Shown piece by piece: positions 45,288 to 54,897 of a stretch of DNA of 55,062 nt. Positions within the stretch are counted from its first letter, which is position 1, and each line of letters begins with the position of its first letter. Position numbers and translations under genes: made by a program. The notes under the pieces were generated by a model, which was not told the DNA's origin, did no database searches, and saw nothing but the letters and a program-made list of their open reading frames with translations. The stretch is from the sequence record DRR723986_11243; one strand, written 5' to 3'.

Positions 45288-46519
45288 TGAGCAATTTTTA
45301 TTTGAATAAATACGGTTTTATTCCTTATCAAATAAAAGAAAGTCCATCTTCAGAACTTGGGATAATTGTTGTAATCCCTTGTTACAACGAACCTGATATC
45401 ATTACAACATTATCTGCTTTAGCTAATTGTGATTTACCTCAATCAAAAGTTGAGGTGATCTTGGTTGTCAACAGTAGTGAAGTTGAGTCTGTAGAAATTC
45501 GAAACAAAAATTTACAAAGTATCCAAGATTTTGACAGCTGGAAAAATACATATCAAGGAGAGATCGATTTTCATTTAATCCATGTTCCTGATTTACCTAT
45601 AAAACATGCTGGAGTTGGCTTGGCAAGAAAAATTGGGATGGATGAAGCCGTTCACCGATTTCATGAAATTGATAAGGACGGAATTATAGTTTGCTTTGAT
45701 GCAGATGCTGAATGCACATCAAATTATTTAGTAGAAATTGAGCGCCATTTTTATCTGTTTCCTAAAAGCCCGGGTTGCTCAATTCACTATGAACATCCGA
45801 TTGAAGGTGAAGAATTCAATGCCGAAATTTATCTAGGGATTATTAACTATGAATTACATCTCAGATACTACAATCAGTGTTTACGTTATTGTAATTTGCC
45901 TTATGCGTTTCACACTGTAGGATCTAGCATGGCAGTGAGAAGCTCTGCGTATCAAAAGCAAGGTGGGATGAATAAGCGAAAGGCAGGTGAAGACTTTTAT
46001 TTTATTCATAAAATAATTGCCCTGGGAGATTTTACTGAGATGAAATCGGCCGCCGTTATTCCATCTCCTAGAATTTCAGATCGGGTGCCGTTTGGCACTG
46101 GAAAAGCGATTGGTGATTGGGTAGCAACCGGAGATCAACATTATCTAACTTACCGGTTTGAAATATTTCAAGAATTAAGAAAAATCACTGATCAAGTGCA
46201 TTTACTTTATGAAAATGACCTGGATATAACAGCATTGCATCCATCAGCCATTGGTTTTATTCAAGAAATAAATATGCTAGATGCAATTGTTGAAATAAGA
46301 GCAAATACTAAAGACGAGTCATCTTTTAATAAAAGATTTTATGCTTGGTTTGATGCTTTTAAAATCTTAAAATTCGTTCATTATTTGCGGGATAATGACT
46401 TTTCCAATGAAGATATCGTAGTTTCGGTAAAGAAATTAATCGAAACGAAATCTCTTAAAATTGCTGAAGATTCAGCAAAAAATCTACTGATAGCATTCAG
46501 ACTTTTAGAAAAAAATTAA
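45287..46519 (+). CDS. Glycosyltransferase family 2 protein
   Basis: VVIPCYNE, GVGLARKIGMD, CFDAD, GEDFYF; TGATG overlap with pdxH. Confidence 0.85.
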   Translation: MSNFYLNKYGFIPYQIKESPSSELGIIVVIPCYNEPDIITTLSALANCDLPQSKVEVILVVNSSEVESVEIRNKNLQSIQDFDSWKNTYQGEIDFHLIHVPDLPIKHAGVGLARKIGMDEAVHRFHEIDKDGIIVCFDADAECTSNYLVEIERHFYLFPKSPGCSIHYEHPIEGEEFNAEIYLGIINYELHLRYYNQCLRYCNLPYAFHTVGSSMAVRSSAYQKQGGMNKRKAGEDFYFIHKIIALGDFTEMKSAAVIPSPRISDRVPFGTGKAIGDWVATGDQHYLTYRFEIFQELRKITDQVHLLYENDLDITALHPSAIGFIQEINMLDAIVEIRANTKDESSFNKRFYAWFDAFKILKFVHYLRDNDFSNEDIVVSVKKLIETKSLKIAEDSAKNLLIAFRLLEKN

Positions 46520-46525
46520 ATTCTT

Positions 46526-46554
46526 TGTTACCTTTTCAGTAGATAGGTTTCTTA
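46526..46554 (+). promoter_or_regulatory. Candidate autoregulatory ECF promoter
   Basis: TGTTACC-N16-TTCTTA directly upstream of the sigma gene. Confidence 0.35.
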
Positions 46555-46573
46555 TTAACAGATTCTAACTGCA

Positions 46574-47104
46574 GTGAGAATAAAAGACAAACGTAAACAA
46601 AAAGCCTTTTTAAAGGAGTATGGAAACATACATGAAAATTTTGTGCGCTTTTGTCAAGCTAGAGCACGAGGTGTAATGAGTTATGAAGATTTAGTAAGTG
46701 AATCAACATTAAGGGCTTATCAACATTGGGAAAAAATAGAAAAGAAAGATTCGTTAAAGTATTTTCTTTTCACAACGGCGCGAAATATTATTCTTAATAC
46801 AGTTCGTAAAAAGAAAGAACTGAGTTTGGATGATGAAAATGTCAACCATGTTGTAAGTAGTAATAAAGGTGAACAAGATCTAGAGATTGAATATTTATAT
46901 GAACAATTAGACAAACTCTCAGAAGTGAAAAGGGAAGCGTTAATCCTCTTTGAAATTAATGGATTTTCAATCAAAGAAATAGCGAAAATCCAAGACATTT
47001 CTGAAGGATCTGTAAAGGTAAATTTAAGCAGAGGGCGAAAAGAGTTACAAGTGTTAATGACAGACGAACCTAATCTTCAAGAAGCAGAAGTAGTTTTTAA
47101 ATAG
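46574..47104 (+). CDS. ECF RNA polymerase sigma factor
   Basis: EDLVSE..LRAY, LF..ARN, REALILFEINGFSIKEIA, SVKVNLSRGR. Confidence 0.93.
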   Translation: MRIKDKRKQKAFLKEYGNIHENFVRFCQARARGVMSYEDLVSESTLRAYQHWEKIEKKDSLKYFLFTTARNIILNTVRKKKELSLDDENVNHVVSSNKGEQDLEIEYLYEQLDKLSEVKREALILFEINGFSIKEIAKIQDISEGSVKVNLSRGRKELQVLMTDEPNLQEAEVVFK

Positions 47105-47107
47105 AGC

Positions 47108-48202
47108 ATGCAAGAGATAAATAAAAATATCGATCATTTATTCACTAAAGCCAAAAAGGCCAAGGTGGATATGTCTATTGATCAAGTGCAAGCAGGAATT
47201 ATTGCCGCTACTACAACTGGTGTTATAGCTACCATAAGTACAATTAGTAAAACCAAATTTTTGTCAATTATGATAGTAAGTGGAATTGCAGTTACGGCAA
47301 CTGTGTTAATGTTAAACGCCGGGAATTCAAAGAATGAAGAAGTAATACATACAGCAGAAACAAAGCTGGAGATTGTAGAGACGCATAAGCTACCTGCAAT
47401 TGAATTGGTAAATGATAGATCGATTACTAATTATGTAGAAGAAACAGCAGTGGAAGAGGTTGTTGAGCCTATAATCGTTGAAGAAAAAATCATTGCTGAA
47501 ATTCCTGAAGTTATTGAACCTGAGGTCACGACCCAAAAAATGTTCGCTCCCTTGGATAGAAAACCAGTAGGTACTTTTCATTCAATTGTGGTTGGAATTA
47601 ATTGTGATGTTGAACTGTTATTGGGAGACTCGTATGAAACAGAGGTCTTGCAATCAGAATTAGAAAACGTGATAGAATATTCCATTAAAAATGGTGTGAT
47701 GACAATTGGAATAAAAGAAGGGATGGAAAAAGAATACAATAAAGTTGCTAAGCGTCAAATTGTAGAAATAGAATTGACCATGCCAAGTATCCAGTCAATT
47801 GAAGTGTTAGGCTCTGCAGTGGTTCATTCAGATGATCGATTAAAATCAGATGAACTCAACTTATCGCTGCTGGGTTCAGGGGATATCGTATTATCAAGAA
47901 TTGAACCTAGCTCTTACAATATTGAATTATCTGGTTCAGGTGATGTTGCATTGAAAAGTTCAGGGTCCGCTTCAACGGGTAGCATCACTATCAATGGCTC
48001 TGGAGATGTATGGGTGGGGAGTATGAAAACCAATGAAATTGATATCTCAATAAACGGATCTGGAGACGTAAATGTGAATGCAGTGAAACAATTGAACGTT
48101 AAAATTGCTGGTAGCGGAGATATATGCTATGAAGGAGATCCTGAAAAGAATGTTGATATCACAGGCTCAGGAGAAGTTAGAAAGTGTACCTGCAATAATT
48201 AG
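47108..48202 (+). CDS. Putative anti-sigma factor fused to head GIN (DUF2807) domain
   Basis: Short N-terminal cytoplasmic segment, TM helix, E/V/P-rich linker, seven GS(G/A)(D/E/V) beta-helix repeats; 3 nt after the sigma gene. Confidence 0.8.
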   Translation: MQEINKNIDHLFTKAKKAKVDMSIDQVQAGIIAATTTGVIATISTISKTKFLSIMIVSGIAVTATVLMLNAGNSKNEEVIHTAETKLEIVETHKLPAIELVNDRSITNYVEETAVEEVVEPIIVEEKIIAEIPEVIEPEVTTQKMFAPLDRKPVGTFHSIVVGINCDVELLLGDSYETEVLQSELENVIEYSIKNGVMTIGIKEGMEKEYNKVAKRQIVEIELTMPSIQSIEVLGSAVVHSDDRLKSDELNLSLLGSGDIVLSRIEPSSYNIELSGSGDVALKSSGSASTGSITINGSGDVWVGSMKTNEIDISINGSGDVNVNAVKQLNVKIAGSGDICYEGDPEKNVDITGSGEVRKCTCNN

Positions 48203-48230
48203 AACTGATTTAAACCGGTTAACCTAAAAC

Positions 48231-48264
48231 AAAAAGCCCCTCGCGTTTGCAAGGGGCTTTTTTT
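48231..48264. terminator. Bidirectional intrinsic terminator
   Basis: aaaaagcccctcgc-gttt-gcaaggggctttttt. Confidence 0.88.
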
Positions 48265-48269
48265 ATTTA

Positions 48270-49142
48270 TTAGTTTGTTTGGTGTACATGAACATCCATT
48301 TGCGGGAATGGAATATTGAGGCCTTCTTTACCAAATTCGGTATAAATTTTCTCGTTCATTTTAAAATAGATATCCCAATAATCAGTAGTCTTACCCCAAA
48401 CTCTTAGGGTTATATTTACTGAACTATCTGCGAGTTCTCCTAGCCCTATAAACGGGGCAGGGTCTTTCAATATTTTATCATCTTCCGAAATGAATCTTTC
48501 TAAAACTTCTTTAGCCTTCTTATAGTCGTCTCCATATCCAATACCAACTACAAAATCAACTCTTCGTTTGTCTTGCATGGTAAAGTTGGTTATGTTTCCG
48601 TTTGCCATGGCCCCGTTGGGAACAATTACCGTTTTATTATCTAGCGTTAATATAATGGTATTAAAAATTTGAATTTCATGAACAATTCCTTCCTCGCCTT
48701 GAGCAGACACATAATCACCCACTTTATATGGTCTGAAAATTAATATCATGATCCCACCTGCAAAATTCCCTAGAGTTCCTGAAAAAGCCATACCAATTGC
48801 TAAACCAGCAGCACCAATTAGAGCAACAAAAGAAGTCATTTCAACACCCAGTTGTCCGAGTGCACTCATTACCACCAATATTCGTAATGATATAGAAACT
48901 AGACTTAACAGGAACTTTTGAAGGGATGCGTCAAATTCTTTTTTGGTTAGCACATTGGCGAATACTTTCGTAATTCTTTTGGCAATGAACATTCCAATAA
49001 CAAGAACGGCAACCGCAATTACCACATTTGTTCCATATTCAATGGCTTTATCTATAAACCAATCCATATCGTAGACGGTTTTGGCATTCGCAGCTACATG
49101 CTGTTCATTTGCATAAGTGATGAGTGTATCAGTATCTTGCAT
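48270..49142 (-). CDS. mscS: Small-conductance mechanosensitive channel
   Basis: SFVALIGAAGLAIGMAFSGTLGNFAGG, RPYKVGD, VPNG, NIPFPQMDVH; start refined using TATATTTG at 49156-49163 (minus strand). Confidence 0.94.
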   Translation of the reverse strand: MQDTDTLITYANEQHVAANAKTVYDMDWFIDKAIEYGTNVVIAVAVLVIGMFIAKRITKVFANVLTKKEFDASLQKFLLSLVSISLRILVVMSALGQLGVEMTSFVALIGAAGLAIGMAFSGTLGNFAGGIMILIFRPYKVGDYVSAQGEEGIVHEIQIFNTIILTLDNKTVIVPNGAMANGNITNFTMQDKRRVDFVVGIGYGDDYKKAKEVLERFISEDDKILKDPAPFIGLGELADSSVNITLRVWGKTTDYWDIYFKMNEKIYTEFGKEGLNIPFPQMDVHVHQTN

Positions 49143-49195
49143 AGAGTTTTTCTTGCAAATATATTTCAAACTAAATTATCTTCGCATACTGATAC

Positions 49196-49963
49196 ATGTT
49201 TTTTATTATTTCAAAAATATTCTCTTTTCTTACACATCCATTTTCTTGGGTTGTGCTCGCTTTTTTAATTGCGTGGTTTTCAAAAAAGCCTTTTTTATCA
49301 AAATGGAGTTTTAGAACGGGTATTTTTTCGTTGCTTTTTTTTTCAAACTCTATGATTTTTCTTGAGTTCGCAAGGTTGTGGGAGACTGAAGGGACAAAAA
49401 TTGAAGAAGTTGGACATTACGATTGCGCCGTCGTTTTAGGCGGGATGGCAGAATGGGACAATAGCCATGAGCGATTAAGTATCAGAAGAGGTGGAGACAG
49501 AATTTGGCAAGCCATCAATCTATATCATCTCGGAAAAGTTGATAAAATACTCATTTCTGGAGCAAATGGTTTTATTTTAAGTGATGGTCTTGATGAGGCG
49601 AATCAATTTAAAGAAGTGTTAATAGAAAATGGCATTCCAGATACAGATATTTTAGTTGAAACAAAGTCTAAGAACACTTATGAAAATGCAGTGGAAACAA
49701 AGAAAGTGCTCGTAAATCACCCCGAAATAGAATCCATTTTACTCGTGACATCAGCATTACATATGAGAAGATCTAGCGCAATTTTCGAAAAAGCAGGGTT
49801 TGATAATTTTGATTGTTTCACAACGGACCATTATACTGGAGAAACAAGAGGTTATAAACTTGATCAATATATTATTCCAAACGTCAGTACAATGTCAAGT
49901 TGGAATAGTTTAATTCATGAATGGGCGGGCTATGCAGGATATTGGGTAGCTGGTTATTTATAA
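49196..49963 (+). CDS. YdcF/DUF218 (ElyC-like) protein
   Basis: Two TM helices, VVLGG, ILISG, E.KSKNTYENA, LVTSALHMRRS, HEW.G. Confidence 0.92.
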   Translation: MFFIISKIFSFLTHPFSWVVLAFLIAWFSKKPFLSKWSFRTGIFSLLFFSNSMIFLEFARLWETEGTKIEEVGHYDCAVVLGGMAEWDNSHERLSIRRGGDRIWQAINLYHLGKVDKILISGANGFILSDGLDEANQFKEVLIENGIPDTDILVETKSKNTYENAVETKKVLVNHPEIESILLVTSALHMRRSSAIFEKAGFDNFDCFTTDHYTGETRGYKLDQYIIPNVSTMSSWNSLIHEWAGYAGYWVAGYL

Positions 49964-49973
49964 ACTTTAAGCC

Positions 49974-50010
49974 AAAAAAAACTCCGACTTTAATTGAAAG
50001 TCAGAGTTTT
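49974..50010. terminator. Bidirectional intrinsic terminator
   Basis: aaaaaaaactccgacttt-aattg-aaagtcagagtttt. Confidence 0.75.
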
Positions 50011-50033
50011 AATTCAAAAATTTAAAATATCAA

Positions 50034-50294
50034 CTACTTAGTAGCAGCCCATTTTCTAATTTCAGTTCTGAACCACTCATCAGCAGCATCAGTCCATTTA
50101 AAGTTGTCTCTAACGTAAGCCATTGTATCTTTTTCAATGTCCGTGTAAGACCCACCATCTTTTACAGCTTCTAATAACTGTCCAGCGTCATCAACAGATA
50201 ATCTTCCGTCTCCTTGACCATCAGTTAATTTTTCAGCTAATTCAATGATTTCAGCATCATACTTTACACCGTCAATTGTTTTGTAGTATCCCAT
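50034..50294 (-). CDS. 86-aa acidic protein with EF-hand-like loops
   Basis: Monocistronic clean ORF; DGQGDGRLSVDD and DGGSYTDIE motifs. Confidence 0.85.
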   Translation of the reverse strand: MGYYKTIDGVKYDAEIIELAEKLTDGQGDGRLSVDDAGQLLEAVKDGGSYTDIEKDTMAYVRDNFKWTDAADEWFRTEIRKWAATK

Positions 50295-50556
50295 TTTATT
50301 CGTTTTTATTTTTTTTATTCGAATTCAAAAATGCTAATTATTCGTTGAACTTCAGTGGTTTTATCGTTAATTTTTTATCAACAATCGATAATTGGAATGA
50401 ATTAAACGATAAACCTAAAATGCTTAATTGAATCATTCACAAGGCTTTTGTAATTCTCGAACAATTAAATTATCCCGTGTATGATTATTTATCACTCTTA
50501 TTTTTGGATATTCCACGATTAAAACTAACTTTAAACCATCTAAAAAATAAACCAGA

Positions 50557-51768
50557 ATGAACTTACACGAATATCAAGGAAAATCAATTTTAGCAAGCCA
50601 TGGCGTTACTGTTCAGAGAGGTGTTGTTGTTGACAATGCTGCTGACATTTTAACCAAAGCTAAAGAGTTACAGGCTGAAACAGGAACAGATGGAATTGTG
50701 ATTAAAGCGCAAATTCATGCAGGAGGTAGAGGTAAAGGTGTTGTTACAGAGACTGGATCTAACGGTGTTGTGTTTTGTCCTTCAATTGATAAATTAGAAG
50801 ATAAAGTAAAAGGCATTCTTGGTGGACACTTAGTAACAAAGCAAACCTCAGCTGAAGGTAAAAAAGTGAATAAGGTTTTACTTGCTGAAGATGTTTACTA
50901 TGATGGTGAAACTGAGCTTTCAGAAATTTACATGTCAGTTTTATTAGATAGAGAAAAAGAATGCAACATGATTGTTTATTCTACAGAAGGTGGAATGGAC
51001 ATTGAAGCAGTTGCTGAAAAAACTCCTCATTTAATTTTTAAAGAGGCAGTAGACCCAAGAGTCGGTCTTCAAGGTTTTCAAGCTAGAAGAATTGCATTCA
51101 ATTTAGGATTGAGCGGTCAAGCTTTTAAAGAAATGACCAAGTTCGTTTTTGCTTTGTATTCTGCATATGAAGGATGTGATGCTTCAATGTTTGAAATTAA
51201 CCCAGTTCTTAAAACTTCAGATAATAAAATTATTGCAGTTGATTCTAAAGTAACTTTAGATGCAAACGCATTATATAGACATAAAGATTACGCAGCAATG
51301 CGTGATAAAACTGAAGAAAATCCAACTGAGGTTGAAGCTGGTGAAGCTGGTTTAAATTATGTAGATCTTGACGGAAACGTTGGATGTATGGTGAACGGTG
51401 CTGGTTTAGCAATGGCAACTATGGACATCATTAAATTATCAGGAGGAAATCCTGCTAACTTCTTGGATGTTGGAGGAACTGCGGATGCTGAGCGTGTTGA
51501 AAAAGCATTTAGAATTATCTTAAAAGACCCGAATGTTGAAGCAATTCTAGTAAACATTTTTGGTGGAATTGTAAGATGTGATAGAGTAGCGCAAGGTGTT
51601 GTTGACGCTTACAAAAACATGGGAGAAATTCCTGTTCCGATTATTGTTAGACTTCAAGGTACTAATGCTGAAGAAGCAAAAGTGTTGATTGATGAGTCAG
51701 GATTGAACGTACATTCAGCTGTTCTTCTTCAAGAAGCTGCTGATCTCGTAAAAACAGTATTGAACTAA
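50557..51768 (+). CDS. sucC: Succinyl-CoA ligase (ADP-forming) beta subunit
   Basis: MNLHEYQGK, KAQIHAGGRGKG, EINP, GCMVNGAGLAMATMD, NIFGGIVRCD. Confidence 0.97.
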   Translation: MNLHEYQGKSILASHGVTVQRGVVVDNAADILTKAKELQAETGTDGIVIKAQIHAGGRGKGVVTETGSNGVVFCPSIDKLEDKVKGILGGHLVTKQTSAEGKKVNKVLLAEDVYYDGETELSEIYMSVLLDREKECNMIVYSTEGGMDIEAVAEKTPHLIFKEAVDPRVGLQGFQARRIAFNLGLSGQAFKEMTKFVFALYSAYEGCDASMFEINPVLKTSDNKIIAVDSKVTLDANALYRHKDYAAMRDKTEENPTEVEAGEAGLNYVDLDGNVGCMVNGAGLAMATMDIIKLSGGNPANFLDVGGTADAERVEKAFRIILKDPNVEAILVNIFGGIVRCDRVAQGVVDAYKNMGEIPVPIIVRLQGTNAEEAKVLIDESGLNVHSAVLLQEAADLVKTVLN

Positions 51769-51789
51769 ATTAAAAAATAACTAATTTTG

Positions 51790-51822
51790 AGCCCTGACTT
51801 AGCTAAGCTTCGTCAGGGCTTT
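51790..51822 (+). terminator. Intrinsic terminator or attenuating hairpin
   Basis: agccctgac...gtcagggct-tt. Confidence 0.65.
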
Positions 51823-51845
51823 ATAGTTAAAAGAGGTTATTAGGA

Positions 51846-52622
51846 ATGATTAAATACAAAACAGCAGAAGAAATTGAATTGATGAGAGAAGCCGCTTTAG
51901 TGGTTTCAAGAACGCTGGGTGAAATAGCTAAAGTGATTAAACCGGGTGTTACTGGTTTACAATTAGACAAGTTAGCTGAAGAATATATAAGAGACCAAGG
52001 AGCCGTTCCAGGTTTTCTGGGCTTATATGATTTTCCTAATACACTTTGTATTTCTCCAAACGAGCAAGTAGTTCACGGTTTTCCTACTGATGTTCCATAT
52101 GAAGATGGTGACATTGTTTCTGTTGACTGCGGTGCGATTTTAAACGGTTACTATGGAGATCATGCCTATACCTTTGAATTAGGTGATGTTGCCCCAGAGG
52201 TGCGTGAACTATGTAAGGTGACTAAAGAATCACTGTATAAGGGAATTGAGGCTACCAATGCATCCAATAGAATTTCGGATATTGGATTCGCTATTCAACA
52301 ACATGCTGAGGCGCATGGATATGGCGTGGTCAGAGAGCTCGTGGGACATGGAATTGGAAGTACAATGCACGAAGATCCTCAAATACCCAATTATGGTAAA
52401 AGAGGAAGAGGTAAAAAAATTAAAAACGGTTTAACCATTGCCATTGAACCCATGATAAATATGGGTACTGAGAAAATTATCCAGCATGCTGACGGATGGA
52501 CAATAACAACGGGAGATGGAAAGCCTTCTGCCCATTTTGAGCATGACGTTGCTGTTGTTGATGGTAAACCAGTAATCTTATCTACCTTTGATTATATTGA
52601 AGAGGCACTCGGAATTAAATAA
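51846..52622 (+). CDS. map: Type I methionyl aminopeptidase
   Basis: CISPNEQVVHG, VDCG, GD.AYT, GHGIG..MHEDP, IEPMIN, AHFEH. Confidence 0.97.
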   Translation: MIKYKTAEEIELMREAALVVSRTLGEIAKVIKPGVTGLQLDKLAEEYIRDQGAVPGFLGLYDFPNTLCISPNEQVVHGFPTDVPYEDGDIVSVDCGAILNGYYGDHAYTFELGDVAPEVRELCKVTKESLYKGIEATNASNRISDIGFAIQQHAEAHGYGVVRELVGHGIGSTMHEDPQIPNYGKRGRGKKIKNGLTIAIEPMINMGTEKIIQHADGWTITTGDGKPSAHFEHDVAVVDGKPVILSTFDYIEEALGIK

Positions 52623-53215
52623 TGGATAAAGAGCTTAAAATAGCCATTACCATTTTTCTTATTTTTTTCGTTTTCGGAATTGCATCTTACCTCAATCAGG
52701 GAAGTTTCGCCAGTCCGGTATTTATGAATCAATTTGTTTTCCTCGGAACTGCGATACTTTTTCTAGTAATTAATTTAAAAGCCAGAGATGTAATAGTGCT
52801 GTGGCTATATCTTTCCACCTGTGTAATGTCCTTTTTAATTGATCATTTCACCATGGGCTATCTGGCCGAAAAAATGCAAAATAATTGGTTGCTTGATTTA
52901 ACACAATCCACGACATTTTCAGTTTTCTTTTTAGCGACATATTTCGGAGTTTTTATCATCATATCTTTCTATTTTTTGAGGATTCATAAGAAGGTGTTGG
53001 CCTTTATTGTTCAACTAATTTTATTGTTGATTACGGTCATTTTTATGTTATTTACCCAGAACTCAATCGATCAAGACGTATGTTTCCATCTTTTTTTAAT
53101 CGTGAGTATTTTGCTCATTAATCGATTCAATGCCACTGCTAGTAAAGGTTTTACAGTCTTGTCTTACCAATTTTTACTCTTGTTCTTGTTAGAGAGCTTA
53201 GAATATTTCCTTTAG
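52622..53215 (+). CDS. Hypothetical polytopic membrane protein
   Basis: About seven hydrophobic helices; overlaps the map stop codon. Confidence 0.7.
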   Translation: MDKELKIAITIFLIFFVFGIASYLNQGSFASPVFMNQFVFLGTAILFLVINLKARDVIVLWLYLSTCVMSFLIDHFTMGYLAEKMQNNWLLDLTQSTTFSVFFLATYFGVFIIISFYFLRIHKKVLAFIVQLILLLITVIFMLFTQNSIDQDVCFHLFLIVSILLINRFNATASKGFTVLSYQFLLLFLLESLEYFL

Positions 53216-53279
53216 AAACTTGCTGCGGTCTAAAAGATTTAGTTAAATTAGTGAGACCTGAAAAAACGATTCTAAATTC

Positions 53280-54266
53280 ATGAAAAAAGCATCCTTAAAG
53301 GATATTGCCGAAAGTTTAGGCGTCTCAAAAGCGCTAGTTTCTCTCGTACTGAATGGTAAAGGAGATGAACGAGGCATTAACAAGCAGACTCAAGAAAAAG
53401 TAAGGGTAAAAGCGAAAGAACTCAATTATATTCCTAACCAATATGCACGGGGCTTGAGAATAGGCCGTACCAACACTATTGGTGTTATTGTTCCAGATAT
53501 TTCTAATGTCTTCTATGGTAAATTGTGTAAAGCAATTGAGCAAGAAGCTTATGATAAAGGATATAATTTAATCATTTCAAACACCTACGAAGATGTTCAA
53601 AAAGAGAAGAAGCTAATTTCTGATCTTATTAATAGAAACATTGACGGCTTAATCTTGGCATCATCATTTGATTCTAAGAATGAAATTGATGGATTGCGAA
53701 ACGATAAGTTTCCGCTTGTATTGGTGGATAGAGTTTTTGATGATTTTGATGTAGATTCAGTTTCTGTTTCAAATGTTGCAGGTGCTAAAAAAGCGGTAGA
53801 ATTCCTATACAGTAAAGGGGTGAAAAGACCGGTATGTTTTTCTTTATCTCCTGTTTACATTTCTTCTATTTCAGAAAGAATTCAAGGTTATATTGGAGCG
53901 CTAAAAAATCCGGATGATGCCAAATTGGTTCAAATTCCTCACAATGATATTGAAGGAGGAGTAGTCACGGCTTTAGCTGAACTTAAAAATGAAGACTATG
54001 ATGGCATCTTCTGCGTCAATAACAACATTGCAAAGGCGCTATTAAGAGAATTGGCCATTCAAGGCGATCAATTAACCAATGTTGAAATAATCAGTTTTGA
54101 TGATATTGAATTGTTTGATATTGTTATCCCTAAAGTTTCAGCAATTGCTCAGCCAATTAAAGAAATTGGAAAAACTGCGGTAAAACTATTGCTTGAACGC
54201 TTTGCAAATGAAGATAATCATAAAACCAAAGGTGTTGTATTAGACACTGTTTTAATCGAACGATAA
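53280..54266 (+). CDS. LacI family transcriptional regulator
   Basis: SLKDIAESLGVSKALVSLVLNG HTH, YIPN..ARGL, TIGVIVPDISN.FY, ISFDD, IAQP...IG..AV. Confidence 0.95.
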   Translation: MKKASLKDIAESLGVSKALVSLVLNGKGDERGINKQTQEKVRVKAKELNYIPNQYARGLRIGRTNTIGVIVPDISNVFYGKLCKAIEQEAYDKGYNLIISNTYEDVQKEKKLISDLINRNIDGLILASSFDSKNEIDGLRNDKFPLVLVDRVFDDFDVDSVSVSNVAGAKKAVEFLYSKGVKRPVCFSLSPVYISSISERIQGYIGALKNPDDAKLVQIPHNDIEGGVVTALAELKNEDYDGIFCVNNNIAKALLRELAIQGDQLTNVEIISFDDIELFDIVIPKVSAIAQPIKEIGKTAVKLLLERFANEDNHKTKGVVLDTVLIER

Positions 54267-54287
54267 AAAAAGAGATATAGATGTATT

Positions 54288-54319
54288 AGTCCTATTCGTA
54301 ATTACGGATGGGCCTTTTT
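54288..54319 (+). terminator. Intrinsic terminator
   Basis: gtcctattcgt-aatt-acggatgggc followed by a T run (imperfect stem). Confidence 0.6.
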
Positions 54320-54440
54320 CGTTTTTAACAAATCCATAACCGGTTTTAGTAATTAATTAACAGCCAGACCGCTATGTCTGGCTTAGCTTTGTGTTATTCT
54401 TGTGCACGAGAAGATTAATTGTTCAACTAAAATTTAAATT

Positions 54441-54842
54441 ATGTTATTAAAAACAATAGGAATGTCGGCAATTGTGATTGCAAGTATGGCGTTCAAATCA
54501 TCATCTCAGTTAGAAATCGAAAATAATATTGACGGCAAAATTGAATGGGCTTCAGAAACCATAAGTGTTGGAGATATTAAAAAAGGAATTCCAATAGATA
54601 TTGAATTCGAATTCAAAAATGTGGGGGAAACTCCAGTGATTGTGAGTAATGTAAAGGCCGGATGCGGATGTACGAATGTCGATTTCCCAAAAAGATCCAT
54701 CAGCCCTGGTGAAACATCTTCGGTGACGGCAATTTATAATGCGAAAACACCTGGTAAATTCACCAAATCAATTAGTGTGAGTTCAAATGCGAGCGCAATT
54801 CCTTACGAATTGAAATTCAATGGGAATGTGGTTGTGGAATAG
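54441..54842 (+). CDS. DUF1573 domain protein
   Basis: FEFKNVGETPVIVSNVKAGCGCT, ISPGE, GKFTKSISV.SNA; TAGCTTTG promoter at 54384-54391. Confidence 0.92.
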   Translation: MLLKTIGMSAIVIASMAFKSSSQLEIENNIDGKIEWASETISVGDIKKGIPIDIEFEFKNVGETPVIVSNVKAGCGCTNVDFPKRSISPGETSSVTAIYNAKTPGKFTKSISVSSNASAIPYELKFNGNVVVE

Positions 54843-54864
54843 AGAGTAATAATGTTCAAGAATT

Positions 54865-54897
54865 AAGCCTGACGCGGAAGTGTTGGGCTTTTTTTTG
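54865..54897 (+). terminator. Intrinsic terminator
   Basis: aagcctgacgc-ggaa-gtgttgggctt followed by a T run. Confidence 0.8.

Noticed and set aside
48210-48222. Palindrome TAAACCGGTTAA resembling a LacI operator
   Set aside because: It lies between a stop codon and a terminator of convergent genes, not near any promoter.
50557-51768. sucC without adjacent sucD
   Set aside because: Separate sucC and sucD loci are usual in Flavobacteriales, so this is not evidence of gene loss.
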